From: an uncultured Gemmatimonadales bacterium | Lineage (GTDB): Bacteria; Gemmatimonadota; Gemmatimonadetes; Longimicrobiales; RSA9 | Direction of reading: 5' to 3' | Length of the DNA stretch: 64,000 nucleotides | Assembly (NCBI GenBank): GCA_963798845.1 | Contig: CAWCUS010000005.1 | Coordinates: forward strand, 32,001 to 96,000 | Part shown: positions 50,173 to 63,921 of the stretch, piece after piece | How positions within the stretch are numbered: the first letter of the stretch is position 1 | How the letters are laid out: each line of letters starts with the position of its first letter | Program-made: the position numbers and the translations under genes | Notes under the pieces: model-generated | Told to the model about the DNA's origin: nothing | Databases searched by the model: none | The model's input: only the letters and a program-made list of their open reading frames with translations

Positions 50173-51782
50173 GCGCCGCCCTTCCTCCGTGCTTGCGCGC
50201 CGGCCAGCGGCGTGCCCGCGGAGTCGGGCGGGGGCGTGGCCGCGGAGTCCGCCGGCGCGCCGCAGCGCGCCGTGGACTCGAGGTAGCGGCCTTCGATCGG
50301 CCCCTCCGCCTCCACCCGCTCCACTTCCCCATGCGTTAGGAACAGGTCGATCCGCTTGGCTTGCATGTAATTGATGGGTGGCGAGCAGTCCGGCCGCTCC
50401 GGTTGCAGCCGGTAGAGGGAGAGCGCCGGCGCACCCGTTCCGACCACCAGGATCCGCTCGAGCACCGTCTCCATGGAGTCGGTGGTCTCTCCCTCGGTCG
50501 CGGGGCGCCGGGTCGGCGTGAGGCTGTCCGCCGGCACCGGCTGCCGGGCGAAGTACCCGATGATCGTGTCCCCCTGGACCCAGTCGCTGGCGACGACGCC
50601 GGGAACCCGAGCGGCAGTGGAGTCCGGGTTTCGCTCCCCTCGCGCGCTCCCGACGGCCCGCACTTCGCGGATCGCGCCGGAATCCGCGAGCGCGTCGATG
50701 GAGTCCGCGCTGAGGTGAAAGTCCTTGGCGAGTGCCAGAGCACGCGGCGGCGCGGCGGCGGCCGGCAGCCCCACAGCCGTTGCGGCGGAGTCCGGGCTCT
50801 TCGGCTGCGGCGACGGGGAGGCGGGCTGACGGGTCCACGCTTCCAGCCGATCGATCTCGCCGGCGGAGAATCCGATGCGCAGCCGCTGTGCGCGCACGGT
50901 CAGCTCGTCCGAGACCAGGCGAGCGGCATTGTCGGCGCGGATCTCACGAAGGGTGTCCTCCTGGAGCACGGCCTCGATGCGCTCGCCTTCGAGGCGGTAA
51001 CGATCGTTCTCGACGTGGGCGTGCCCGACCAGGGTGAGCTGCTCGTCGTCACGCTGGTAGCGAACGCTCTGGCCCGCGCCGCGCATGTCTCCACGCAGGA
51101 GCTCCACGTCGCCATTGGCGATGAACTGGTCCTGCCCATCGATCTCGATGACACGCCCCCAAACCTCGAGGGCGGTCGCCGTGTCGGCGGGGCTGTCCGG
51201 GACGGGGGCCCGGCCCGCCAAGGGTACGGTGTCCGGGGGCGCGGCCGCGGTGTCGCCGGCCATCCCCGCCGCGGTGTCCACGGCGGGTTCACCCGCGTTC
51301 TCGGCACCCGGGTGGAGGATGGCGTGGGGGCGTCCTCCCTGCACGATCATCCGGGACATCGGCCGTTCGGGAGTCTCCCGGCGGTAGTCGAGCTGCTCGC
51401 CGGTGATAACCGAGGCGTTGGCGAGATCGCGGAGCCGGACGTTGCCACGGGCGAAGAGCTGGTCCTCCCTGCCGACATAGTTCGCCCAGTCGGAGGTGAG
51501 CTCCCGGGCGGTGTCACGATAGAGCACGCCGCCCACCAGCTCGATGGTGCTCGCGGCCCGGTTCATGACCGCGGAGTCCGCGTCCAGCACGATCCCGCCC
51601 GTGCAGACCCAGTGCACCGGGTCCTTGAAGTAAAGGAGCTCCTGTCCGACCACGTTGACGATCCGCTGGAAGTCCGAAGGGCGCGTCTGTCGGCAGGTTC
51701 GGGTCTGCTGCGAAGCGGCGGCCGCGGGAAGCGCCGCCAGGACCAGGACCGTCCCGAACGCACCGAGCCACGCCCGCCGCAT
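50169..51782 (-). CDS. LptA/OstA-like beta-jellyroll periplasmic protein (long form)
   Basis: Signal peptide; repeated jellyroll-type strands ([21 protein letters not shown]); lies between lptC and lptB. Confidence 0.8.
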   Translation of the reverse strand: MRRAWLGAFGTVLVLAALPAAAASQQTRTCRQTRPSDFQRIVNVVGQELLYFKDPVHWVCTGGIVLDADSAVMNRAASTIELVGGVLYRDTARELTSDWANYVGREDQLFARGNVRLRDLANASVITGEQLDYRRETPERPMSRMIVQGGRPHAILHPGAENAGEPAVDTAAGMAGDTAAAPPDTVPLAGRAPVPDSPADTATALEVWGRVIEIDGQDQFIANGDVELLRGDMRGAGQSVRYQRDDEQLTLVGHAHVENDRYRLEGERIEAVLQEDTLREIRADNAARLVSDELTVRAQRLRIGFSAGEIDRLEAWTRQPASPSPQPKSPDSAATAVGLPAAAAPPRALALAKDFHLSADSIDALADSGAIREVRAVGSARGERNPDSTAARVPGVVASDWVQGDTIIGYFARQPVPADSLTPTRRPATEGETTDSMETVLERILVVGTGAPALSLYRLQPERPDCSPPINYMQAKRIDLFLTHGEVERVEAEGPIEGRYLESTARCGAPADSAATPPPDSAGTPLAGAQARRKGGA

Positions 51783-51783
51783 C

Positions 51784-52380
51784 TCAGAACTCGATCTCGA
51801 TGTTCTCGCCCGTGCTCTTGAAGACCTGGATGTTCTTCATCTGGTCGTCGGCCTTGAAACCGGTCCCTTCGACGCGCGAGTTCCCCTGGAACATGACGGT
51901 GGGCTTGTCGCTCCAGATCTGGCCCAGATGGGGATCGTAATGGAGCTCGTCGGTGAGGATGCGGCGATCGCCCTCAGTGGTGACCAGGACGACGTGCCCC
52001 CGGGCCCGCATGCGGTTGTCGCGGGCGTAATGCTCGCCCTCGTCGGCCGTGAGATGGGCGGTCTCGGCTCCATCCTCGTCGTACAGCTTCAGGTCCACGG
52101 GGAACATGAGCGTCTTGGCGGAGTCCTCCCAGATGTAGGCGGTGTCTGCGTGAAGGCGGGCCCGGAGCTCGCCCATGTCCTTGATGTCCATGCGCAGGTC
52201 GGAGACCACCTGGTCGGCCGGAAGGTCGCGGAAATCGCTGCCGGCCGTCGGGTCGTCGTTCCGGCCGCACGCCGGTGTGGTGGTGGCGAGGACGGCCAGG
52301 AGAGCGCACCACGCGGTCGCCTTCCCCGTGCCTCGGCTCTTCCCGTTCCCGTTCTTCACCGACCCTCCAATCCCGTTCAC
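51784..52380 (-). CDS. lptC: LPS export protein LptC
   Basis: LHADTA, LTADEG, ARGHV, TDELHYD, SDKP, GTGF; downstream of kdsD; start uncertain. Confidence 0.85.
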   Translation of the reverse strand: MNGIGGSVKNGNGKSRGTGKATAWCALLAVLATTTPACGRNDDPTAGSDFRDLPADQVVSDLRMDIKDMGELRARLHADTAYIWEDSAKTLMFPVDLKLYDEDGAETAHLTADEGEHYARDNRMRARGHVVLVTTEGDRRILTDELHYDPHLGQIWSDKPTVMFQGNSRVEGTGFKADDQMKNIQVFKSTGENIEIEF

Positions 52381-52404
52381 CCGTTCGAGCGCTTCATTGC
52401 GCAG

Positions 52405-53424
52405 TCAGACCGCGCCCGCTCGCATGAGGTCGTGCAGATGCACGACGCCGGCGAGGCGTCCTTCACCGTCCACCACCGGCAGCGCCATGATTCCGTGCTT
52501 CTCCATCTGGAAGACCGCCGCGGACGCCAGCTCGTCGGGACCGGTCGTCTTCGGGCTCGGGTTCATCACCTCGCCCACGGGCACGTCCAGCACGTCGTCA
52601 CGGCGCTCCATGAGTCGGGTAAGGTCGCCCGCCGTGACCACCCCGATGACGCGTCGGGCGCCGTCCACCACCGGCACGGTGCCGCGGCGCTCGGCCAGAA
52701 GCACCACACAGCGGCGCATCGGCGCATCTGCCGCGATGCTCGGCACCTCTTCCTCGGCCGTCACCATGACGTCCCGAACGCGCAGCGTCAGCTTTCGCCC
52801 CAGCGCTCCGCCCGGGTGGAGCCGGGCGAAGTCCTCGGGCCCGAACCCCTTCCGGAGCAGGAGAGCCACGGCGAGGGCATCGCCCATGGCAACGGTCACC
52901 GTGGTGGACGTGGTCGGCGCCAGGTCCATGGGGCAGGCTTCCTCGGCCACCGAGCAGTCGAGCACGAGCCTGGCGCCGCGAGCCAGCGGCGAGTCGAGAC
53001 GCCCTGTCATGGCGATGATGGATACACCGGAGCGGCTCAGAAAATCCATGAGGCCGAAGAGCTCGGCCGATTCGCCGCTCTTGGAGATCAGAATCGCCAC
53101 GTCCTCGCGGCCGACGATTCCGAGATCGCCGTGCAGGCCCTCGAGCGGATGCAGGAATATTGCGGGCGTCCCCGTGGACGTGAGCGTCGCAGCGATCTTC
53201 CGGCCCACGATCCCGCTCTTCCCCACCCCGCTCACAACGACCCGGCCTGCCGCCTTGGCGATGAGCGAAACGGCTTCCAGGAATCCGTCACCGATACGGT
53301 CCTGGAGCGCGGCGACGGCGGCCGCTTCCTGGCGCACCACCCCCCGCGCCCGTTCCAGTAGCTCCGCGGCGTCGTGGACCGGGCCGTCGCGGTGCCCGGC
53401 GTCGCGCACTGCCGATCTGCTCAT
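52405..53424 (-). CDS. kdsD: Arabinose-5-phosphate isomerase (SIS + 2 CBS)
   Basis: GVGKSG, HGDLG, APTTST, HPGGALG, CBS pair. Confidence 0.95.
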   Translation of the reverse strand: MSRSAVRDAGHRDGPVHDAAELLERARGVVRQEAAAVAALQDRIGDGFLEAVSLIAKAAGRVVVSGVGKSGIVGRKIAATLTSTGTPAIFLHPLEGLHGDLGIVGREDVAILISKSGESAELFGLMDFLSRSGVSIIAMTGRLDSPLARGARLVLDCSVAEEACPMDLAPTTSTTVTVAMGDALAVALLLRKGFGPEDFARLHPGGALGRKLTLRVRDVMVTAEEEVPSIAADAPMRRCVVLLAERRGTVPVVDGARRVIGVVTAGDLTRLMERRDDVLDVPVGEVMNPSPKTTGPDELASAAVFQMEKHGIMALPVVDGEGRLAGVVHLHDLMRAGAV

Positions 53425-54011
53425 TCGCGCTCCATGTAATCCGCCACGTTCCCGCCGGCTTCGCGCGAGAGACGATACGCCTCCACCAGCCGCGGCCAGT
53501 CGCCACGAGCCTTCAGCAGCGCCTCGGCGAACTCGCGCGCCGCGCCGTTCCCACCTGGCCGGGCCGCCACCCAGCGCGCGCGAGCCTTGAGCTCGGGCGC
53601 GCCGTTGGGGACCGTGGCCGGCAGCCCTGCGCGGTCGAGGAGCGGGAGATCGGCCAGGTCATCTCCGACCACGGCCAGCTCGTCCCACCCTGCCCGGGCA
53701 TCGTCCAGGATCTCTTCCACCGTGCCGAGCTTGTAGCCGCCCGCCACCTGGCGGCACTCGATCCCCAGCTCGCCGGCGCGTGCCGTCGTGGCAGCCGATT
53801 GCCGTCCGCTCACCAGCACCACGCGCAGCCCGGCCCACTGGAGCATCTTCAGCCCCAGTCCATCCATGATGTCGAAGCGCTTCAGCTCGATGCGCTCTCC
53901 GGCCGCGGTGGCGCCCATGTAGACGCCGTTGTCGGTCAGCACGCCATCGACATCGAGGACCACGACGCGGATCCGGCGCGCCAGGTCGACGGGGATCGGG
54001 CGGCTACCCAC
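53421..54011 (-). CDS. kdsC: KDO 8-phosphate phosphatase (HAD)
   Basis: LDVDGVLTD, GDDLAD, GGNGAARE. Confidence 0.93.
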   Translation of the reverse strand: MGSRPIPVDLARRIRVVVLDVDGVLTDNGVYMGATAAGERIELKRFDIMDGLGLKMLQWAGLRVVLVSGRQSAATTARAGELGIECRQVAGGYKLGTVEEILDDARAGWDELAVVGDDLADLPLLDRAGLPATVPNGAPELKARARWVAARPGGNGAAREFAEALLKARGDWPRLVEAYRLSREAGGNVADYMERE

Positions 54012-54933
54012 GGTCGAAGGCGTCCTCGTTCGAGCCGGCCCGAGCGTCGACGCCGGCCGCGCTCGCCTCCCCGCCGGCGTGCAGCACCTCGCGCAGCGCG
54101 AGCACCGTCTCGAGAAGCGGGCGGAAGGACGCCAGTGGAAGCATGTTGGTGCTGTCGGAGGGCGCCTCGCGCGGCGCCGGGTGCACTTCCATGAACAGGC
54201 CGTCGGCGCCCGCGCACACGGCCGCGCGCACCAGCGGGCCGATGAACTCGGGATCGCCGCCGCTCACGCCGGCGCCCAATCCGGGCCGCTGCACGGAATG
54301 CGTGCCATCGAACACCGCGGGGGCGCCGGTCGCGGCGCGAAGTCGGGTGAACGATCGCATGTCGACCACCAGGTCGCCGAAACCGAAGAACGTCCCGCGC
54401 TCGGTCACGGCTACCCCGCCCTCTCGCGGACCGCCGGACTCCCGCCTCGCAGTCCGCACCTTCTCGGCGGCGCCCGCCATCTCCTCCGGGGCCATCCACT
54501 GCCCCTTCTTGATGTTGATCGCGCGGCCGGTGGCGCCGGCAGCGCGCAGGAGGTCGGTCTGGCGGCAGAGGAATGCCGGGATCTGGAGGACGTCACAGAC
54601 GTCCGCGGCGGACACGGCCTGGGCCGCTTCGTGGATGTCCGTCAGAATCGGCAGCCCCGTCTCGGCGCGGACGCGCGCCAATTGCTCGAGGCCGTCGTCC
54701 AGCCCCGGGCCGCGCGGTGAGCCGAGCCGGCTCCGGTTCGCCTTGTCGAACGACGCCTTGTAGAGGATGGGGAGCCGCAGGTCGTCCGCGATGCGCGCCA
54801 GCGCCTCGCCGATCCGTACGTTCAGCGCGTCGTCCTCCAGCACGCACGGCCCCGCGATCACGAAGAACGGACCGTCAGGGCGGAACCACTGGCCCGCGCC
54901 TCGCCGGACTTGGCTGCCGCTCACCGATTCCAC
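54004..54933 (-). CDS. kdsA: KDO 8-phosphate synthase
   Basis: IAGPCVLE, KASFDKANRS, QIPAFLCRQT, KKGQ, ERG, DGTHSVQ; start approximate. Confidence 0.95.
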   Translation of the reverse strand: MESVSGSQVRRGAGQWFRPDGPFFVIAGPCVLEDDALNVRIGEALARIADDLRLPILYKASFDKANRSRLGSPRGPGLDDGLEQLARVRAETGLPILTDIHEAAQAVSAADVCDVLQIPAFLCRQTDLLRAAGATGRAINIKKGQWMAPEEMAGAAEKVRTARRESGGPREGGVAVTERGTFFGFGDLVVDMRSFTRLRAATGAPAVFDGTHSVQRPGLGAGVSGGDPEFIGPLVRAAVCAGADGLFMEVHPAPREAPSDSTNMLPLASFRPLLETVLALREVLHAGGEASAAGVDARAGSNEDAFDRG

Positions 54934-54934
54934 G

Positions 54935-57411
<2,477 letters not shown>

Positions 57412-57412
57412 G

Positions 57413-58963
57413 TCACCGCTCCCATGGCCGCGGGGAGCCGAACGGCCAGGTGAGACCGACGTTGAAGGTCCCGCCTTCCGGATCGCGGGGCTGCATCATG
57501 TAGCGCAGGTAGAGGAACATGAACTGGAGCTGCGCGCCCACCTCCTGGCGGAAGCGCGCTTCACGGTCGGCGGTCCAGGCGGAGCCAGCCGCGTGGACGA
57601 GGCCGAAATCCGGAGCCCCGAGGACGGGAATCGACAGGCGGGTCGGCAAGGGAATGATGTAGCGGGTTTCCACGAACACCACGTGGTCGCCCTCCTGGGC
57701 GGCGACCGGAAGGGTCTGGAGGGTGCCGGACCCGCCGACGAAGCTCCACCGCTGTCGGGGCAGCGGCTCGCCGCGGATCGGAGCCTGTGCGAACGCATCG
57801 ATCTCCAGCGTGTGACGGAAGAGTGCGTGCATCGCCCAGCTGCCACGGACGGACACGCGATCGAAGGTGAAGTCGCCGCCCTGGATCTCACCCGCGGACT
57901 CGTATTCGAGACGGCCGTCGAACAGCGTCTGCTGTCCGCGCCACTCCAGATCGAGAGCCGCGATGCCGCTGGCAATGCGGCCCTCGTCAACGGGTGGGTT
58001 CGGACGGACAGTGTCGGCGAGAATGCTCCACGGGCGGCCCGCCTCCAGCGAGCTGGCGTCCTCGACCTGGCCCGTCAGGGAGACGACGGCGGACAAGCTC
58101 TTGGCCACGTCGCCGAACTCGCGCGCAATGCTGGCCCATGCGCGGTCCACCGCGTTGTAGTCGCGGTAGTCCTTCCCGTGCCACAGGTAGTTGAGGGAAT
58201 TCCAGTTGTCGCCCCGCAGCCACCGGTCGTTGGTCGCCCAGCCGTGCTCGTAGCCGACGCCAATGCGCGTGCCGATCCAGTGGAGGCCGGCATCGGCTTC
58301 GTAGGTCGGCTCTCCGCGGTCCGTAGTCCAGCCCGCCTGAGCGTGGATCGACGGCGTGACGTTCCCGACCATCGGGAAGCGCAGGCGAGCGCCCCAGACG
58401 GCGGTGATGCCGTTGACACGGTCATACGTCGGGGTGTGGAGGCCCATGTAGCCGTCGAGGGCGAGCGGGGACGGGATCTCGGAGCCATGAATGACGATGC
58501 GCCCCTGCCCCGGCTCGCGCGTCACTTGATACGGAGCGTTCGGCAGGTCGAGGATCCGCCCGCCCACGTGCGAGAGCTCCGAGCGGTAGAGTCCCCCGGC
58601 GACATTGACGAGGTCGCCACGGACCACGGCCCCGGGCCGCACGAACGCGCCACCCCCGGCGATCACCAGGTCCCCCCGGATCTCGCCTTCGAGCACCAGC
58701 GTCGCGTCGACCACGAGGACCGATCGTGTGATGGTGTCGCCCGCGGGGAGGCGCGAGTCCGCAGCGATGATCACGGGCTCCGATCTCAGCAATCTCCTGA
58801 GCCGGCGGTCGAGGGCGGCGTCGGCGGCGCCAGAGAGGACCACGGTCACGGACTCGGCCGGGGCTGTCCCCGGGTGGAAGGGCACCTGCCCGGCGGCGCG
58901 GGAGGCGGGCGCGGTCCCGGCAGCGGCGAGCAGGGCCAGGCCGACCGTCGCTGCGCGGGTCAC
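57413..58963 (-). CDS. Secreted protein with bactofilin-like N-terminal repeat and probable beta-barrel
   Basis: Signal peptide; LEGEIRGDLVIAGG...GAVVRGDLVNVAG...VGG; YDRVNG; C-terminal FNVGLTWPF. Confidence 0.7.
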   Translation of the reverse strand: MTRAATVGLALLAAAGTAPASRAAGQVPFHPGTAPAESVTVVLSGAADAALDRRLRRLLRSEPVIIAADSRLPAGDTITRSVLVVDATLVLEGEIRGDLVIAGGGAFVRPGAVVRGDLVNVAGGLYRSELSHVGGRILDLPNAPYQVTREPGQGRIVIHGSEIPSPLALDGYMGLHTPTYDRVNGITAVWGARLRFPMVGNVTPSIHAQAGWTTDRGEPTYEADAGLHWIGTRIGVGYEHGWATNDRWLRGDNWNSLNYLWHGKDYRDYNAVDRAWASIAREFGDVAKSLSAVVSLTGQVEDASSLEAGRPWSILADTVRPNPPVDEGRIASGIAALDLEWRGQQTLFDGRLEYESAGEIQGGDFTFDRVSVRGSWAMHALFRHTLEIDAFAQAPIRGEPLPRQRWSFVGGSGTLQTLPVAAQEGDHVVFVETRYIIPLPTRLSIPVLGAPDFGLVHAAGSAWTADREARFRQEVGAQLQFMFLYLRYMMQPRDPEGGTFNVGLTWPFGSPRPWER

Positions 58964-59541
58964 GTCGTCCGCTCCAGGAAGTTGCGGATCATGCGCTCTC
59001 CCGAGTCGCTGGCCACCGATTCAGGGTGGAACTGGACGCCCCAGACCGGGTGCCGCCGGTGCCGCACGGCCTGGACCTCGTCTTCCCAGCCCGGCTCACC
59101 GGTCCACGCCACCACCTCGAGGTCGTCGGGGATGGAGTCGGGCGCCAGCACGAGGGAATGGTAGCGCATCATGGATACCGGCGACGGGACCCCGTCGAAC
59201 AGTCCGTCTCCACGATGGACCACCGGTGAGGTCTTGCCGTGCATCAGGCGGCGGGCGCGTACCACGCGGGCACCGTAGGCCACGCCGATGGCCTGGTGCC
59301 CGAGGCACACGCCCAGGAGCGGCACGTCGGCGCCGAACCGCCGAACCGTGTCGACGCTGATTCCCGCCTCGGTCGGGGTGCACGGCCCCGGGGATATGAC
59401 GATGCCCGCGGGCGCGAGGGTGGCGACGTCGTCCGTGGTGAGCTCGTCGTTCCGACGCACGAGGACGTCCGCGCCCAGCGCCCCCAGCAGCTGGACCAGG
59501 TTGAACGTGAACGAGTCGTAGTTGTCGATGACCAGGATCAT
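58960..59541 (-). CDS. trpG: Anthranilate/aminodeoxychorismate synthase component II (glutamine amidotransferase)
   Basis: IDNYDSFT, SPGP, GVCLGHQ, MHGK, RYHSL, QFHPES; could equally be pabA. Confidence 0.9.
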   Translation of the reverse strand: MILVIDNYDSFTFNLVQLLGALGADVLVRRNDELTTDDVATLAPAGIVISPGPCTPTEAGISVDTVRRFGADVPLLGVCLGHQAIGVAYGARVVRARRLMHGKTSPVVHRGDGLFDGVPSPVSMMRYHSLVLAPDSIPDDLEVVAWTGEPGWEDEVQAVRHRRHPVWGVQFHPESVASDSGERMIRNFLERTT

Positions 59542-60431
59542 GCCCGGGGATGATAGCGTCGGTGCACGTCCCTGAGATAGTCTCGGTCCACGTGCGTGTA
59601 AATCTGCGTCGTCGCAATGTCGGCGTGCCCCAGCATCTCCTGGACCGACGCCAGGTCCGCGCCCCCTTCCAGGAGGTGCGTGGCGAAGGTGTGGCGAAGC
59701 GTGTGCGGCGTCACCCGCCGCTCGATCCCGGCGCGGTCCACGTGCTTTCGGAGGATCTTCCACACGCCCATGCGTGTGAGCGGGGCCCCGCGTGCGTTGA
59801 GGAAGAGCACCCCTTCCCCTCTCCCCCGCCCCGCTTCCAGCCGGCCTCGGAGCTCGCGCACATAGGTGCGGATGGCCCGGACCGCGGCGCTGCCGACCGG
59901 TACCAGCCGCTCCTTGCTCCCCTTCCCATAGACTGCCGCGAACCCCTCCACGAGGTCCACGTCCCGCACCTTCACTCCGATCAGCTCGCTCACGCGCACG
60001 CCCGAGGCATACGCCAGCTCCAGCATCGCGCGGTCCCGGAAAAAGAGTGGATCCGCCGGGTCCGGCGCGTCGATGAGCCGCGTGATCTCCGTGCGGGTGA
60101 GCACGTCGGGGAGGCGGCGCCAGGTCTGCGGAGACTCGATCTGCTCGGTCGGGTCGCTCTCCACCAGGTCCTCGGTGAGCAGAAAGGCGAAGTAGGTCCG
60201 GATCGCCGACAGCGCGCGCCGGATGGAGCTGGGGGCCAGGCCGCGGTCCCGGAGCTGGTAGGTGAACTCGCGGACGTCCGAGACGGAGGCTTCGCCCGGA
60301 TCGCGGACGCCGCGGGACTCCAGAAACTCCACCAGCCGGGCGAGGTCCCGGCGGTACGCGTCCAGCGTCCGGGGGCTCAGCCCGCGCTCGAACGCGAGAT
60401 AGTCGTGGAAGCGCTCCGCGTGGAAGCTCAT
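59538..60431 (-). CDS. xerD: Tyrosine recombinase XerD
   Basis: ERGLSPRTLDAYRRDL, YASGVRVSEL, GKGSKERLVP, PHTLRHTFATHLL, LGHADIATTQIYTH. Confidence 0.93.
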   Translation of the reverse strand: MSFHAERFHDYLAFERGLSPRTLDAYRRDLARLVEFLESRGVRDPGEASVSDVREFTYQLRDRGLAPSSIRRALSAIRTYFAFLLTEDLVESDPTEQIESPQTWRRLPDVLTRTEITRLIDAPDPADPLFFRDRAMLELAYASGVRVSELIGVKVRDVDLVEGFAAVYGKGSKERLVPVGSAAVRAIRTYVRELRGRLEAGRGRGEGVLFLNARGAPLTRMGVWKILRKHVDRAGIERRVTPHTLRHTFATHLLEGGADLASVQEMLGHADIATTQIYTHVDRDYLRDVHRRYHPRA

Positions 60432-61052
60432 CGCTCTTCCGGATGGCGGCGGGTGCGCCACCACCAGACCAGCACCAGGACCACTGCGGCCACCGCCAAC
60501 CAGACCAGCACGTGGTTGACGCGGCCGAATATGCGGGCGATGGCACCGAGGTTATGGCCCATGAACGCGCCCAGGTAGACGAGGAAGCCGTACCAGAGCG
60601 CGGACGCGATGACGGTGGGCGGAATGACGTGGATGGCGCGCATCCGCGACACGCCCGCGAATACGGGGACCATGGCCCGGAACGCGGGGAGGAAGCGGCT
60701 GAAGAATATGGCGGGAATCCCCATCCGCAGATAGAACCCGGCGATCTGCTCCAGCTGGTGCTCGCGGAGGAGCCAGCGCGCGACCGGCATCTTGAAGAAG
60801 GCGCGCCCGTACCGGCGGGCCACCGCGTACACCGCGATCGCCGACGCGACGTTCGAGAGCCACGTGACCAGGAAGACGATCCACACGCCGGCCGCCCCCC
60901 TGGCGGACAGGAGCGCACCCACCAGCACGAAGGTGTCCGCGGGGACGGGCGGAACAATGTTCTCCGTGGCGGCACCGGCTCCAAGGATGACGTAGAATGA
61001 GCCAGGCGGGGAGCGCGGTGAGGGCGCGGAGGATCTCCTGGAGCAGCGCCAT
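60428..61052 (-). pseudogene. dedA: DedA family membrane protein with a +1 frameshift near 60996 (probably an assembly error)
   Basis: GAGG RBS and MALLQEILRALTALPAWLI in one frame; YVILG...ENIVPPVPAD...SRFLPAFR continues in the next frame. Confidence 0.85.
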
Positions 61053-61061
61053 GACCTCGTC

Positions 61062-61535
61062 TCACGCGCAGTGGATCGCTGCAACGGCGAGAGCGGCCAG
61101 CCCCTCCCCCCGCCCGATCCAGCCCATCCCCTCGTTGCTCTTCCCCTTGACCGATACGGCCCCTACATCCACGCGCAGCGCTTCCGCGAGCCGCTCCCGC
61201 ATGGCGATCACGTGTGGCGCGATCTGCGGCGCTTCGCAGATCACGGTGACGTCGGCGTTCACCACCGTGCAGCCGTGCCCGTGCAGGAGCTCGACCACCT
61301 GCCTGAGCAGGGCCATCGAGTCCGCCCCCTGCCAGCGCTCGTCGGTGGGCGGGAAGTGGCTCCCAATGTCACCGAGCGCGGCGGCGCCGAGGAGCGCGTC
61401 CGTCACGGCGTGGGCCACGGCATCGGCGTCGGAGTGGCCCGCCAGGCCGTGGGGGTGCGGGATCAACTCGCCCGCGAGGACCAGCGGGCGGCCTTCCGCG
61501 AAGCGGTGCGAGTCGTAGCCAATGCCTGCACGCAT
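61062..61535 (-). CDS. ispF: 2-C-methyl-D-erythritol 2,4-cyclodiphosphate synthase
   Basis: GIGYDSHRF, GHSDAD, GDIGSHFP, GRGEG. Confidence 0.96.
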   Translation of the reverse strand: MRAGIGYDSHRFAEGRPLVLAGELIPHPHGLAGHSDADAVAHAVTDALLGAAALGDIGSHFPPTDERWQGADSMALLRQVVELLHGHGCTVVNADVTVICEAPQIAPHVIAMRERLAEALRVDVGAVSVKGKSNEGMGWIGRGEGLAALAVAAIHCA

Positions 61536-61623
61536 GTCACCTCTCAAACGAAACCGGGAGCGATGGCTTCGCTCCCGGTCCACCGCCGATTGCGGCGCCA
61601 GTTCCCGCAGCTCCAGGGACGGC

Positions 61624-62892
<1,269 letters not shown>

Positions 62893-62910
62893 CTCCGACT
62901 CCGGCGGCCC

Positions 62911-63150
62911 TTACTCCTTGTGCTCCTCGATGTACTTGATGGCGTCACCCACCGTCTGGAGCTGCTCGGCATCCTCGTCCGGGATCTCCATGCCGAACTC
63001 CTCCTCGAAGGCCATGACCAGCTCCACCGTGTCGAGCGAGTCCGCCCCGAGATCCTCCACGAACGACGCCTCGGCCGTCACCTTCTCCGCCTCGACGCCC
63101 AGCTCGTTGACGATGATCTCCCGGACCCTCGCCTCAGTGTTCTCCGCCAT
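62911..63150 (-). CDS. acpP: Acyl carrier protein
   Basis: [20 protein letters not shown]. Confidence 0.98.
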   Translation of the reverse strand: MAENTEARVREIIVNELGVEAEKVTAEASFVEDLGADSLDTVELVMAFEEEFGMEIPDEDAEQLQTVGDAIKYIEEHKE

Positions 63151-63176
63151 CCTGTCCTCTCTGTGTGGGTGTACCT

Positions 63177-63920
63177 TCAGATGACCATGCCGCCATCGAC
63201 CACGATCACCTGTCCGGTGATGTAGCCGGCGTCCGGTCCTGCCAGAAACGCCACCACGCCCGCCACGTCCTCCGGCGAGCCGAGCCGACCCAGCGCGATC
63301 TGCGCCAGGAGCGACTCCCGCGCCGCTTCCGTCAGCTCCGCCGTCATGTCCGTCTCGATGAAGCCGGGCGCCACGGCGTTGCACAGCACGTTCCGCGAAG
63401 CCAGCTCCTTTGCCACGGACTTCGTGAGTCCGATGAGGCCGGCCTTCGACGCTGCGTAGTTTACCTGTCCGCGGTTGCCGGTCAAGCCGACCACGCTACT
63501 GATGTTGATGATCCGGCCGCTCCGCCGCTTCATCATCCCTCTCGCGGCAGCCCGGATCATGTGGAACGCGCCCTTCAGGTTGGTGTCGAGGACGCTGTCC
63601 CACTCCTCGTCGCCCAGCCGAAACACGATGTTGTCCGCAGTGACCCCGGCGTTGTTCACCAGCACGTCGATGCCGCCCAGCTCGCTCTCCACGCGCTTCA
63701 CCAGCCCGTCCACGGCCACGCGGTCCGAGACGTCGCACGCGGCGCCCAGGTGACCGCTGCCCGGGAGGTCCGCCGCCGCCGCCGCCGCGCCTTCCTCTGA
63801 GCGCGCCGTCACCACCACGGTCGCTCCGTCCCGGGCCAGCCGCTGGGCGAGCACGCGGCCGATGCCACGGCTGCCGCCCGTGACCACGGCCGTCCGGCCT
63901 TCCAGTGAAGGTTCCGCCAT
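63177..63920 (-). CDS. fabG: 3-oxoacyl-ACP reductase
   Basis: [27 protein letters not shown]. Confidence 0.96.
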   Translation of the reverse strand: MAEPSLEGRTAVVTGGSRGIGRVLAQRLARDGATVVVTARSEEGAAAAAADLPGSGHLGAACDVSDRVAVDGLVKRVESELGGIDVLVNNAGVTADNIVFRLGDEEWDSVLDTNLKGAFHMIRAAARGMMKRRSGRIINISSVVGLTGNRGQVNYAASKAGLIGLTKSVAKELASRNVLCNAVAPGFIETDMTAELTEAARESLLAQIALGRLGSPEDVAGVVAFLAGPDAGYITGQVIVVDGGMVI

Positions 63921-63921
63921 G

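Noticed and set aside
59538..60431. Tyrosine recombinase as a phage or island integrase
   Set aside because: It has XerD size and motifs, sits in a housekeeping operon, and has no att repeats or cargo.
58960..61065. 701-aa ORF ending in TrpG, and similar long N-terminal extensions on gltX, gpsA, surE, ccmB and rmd in the ORF track
   Set aside because: The extensions overlap genuine upstream genes in other frames; the true starts overlap the upstream stop codons. Only the lptB extension occupies otherwise unused sequence.
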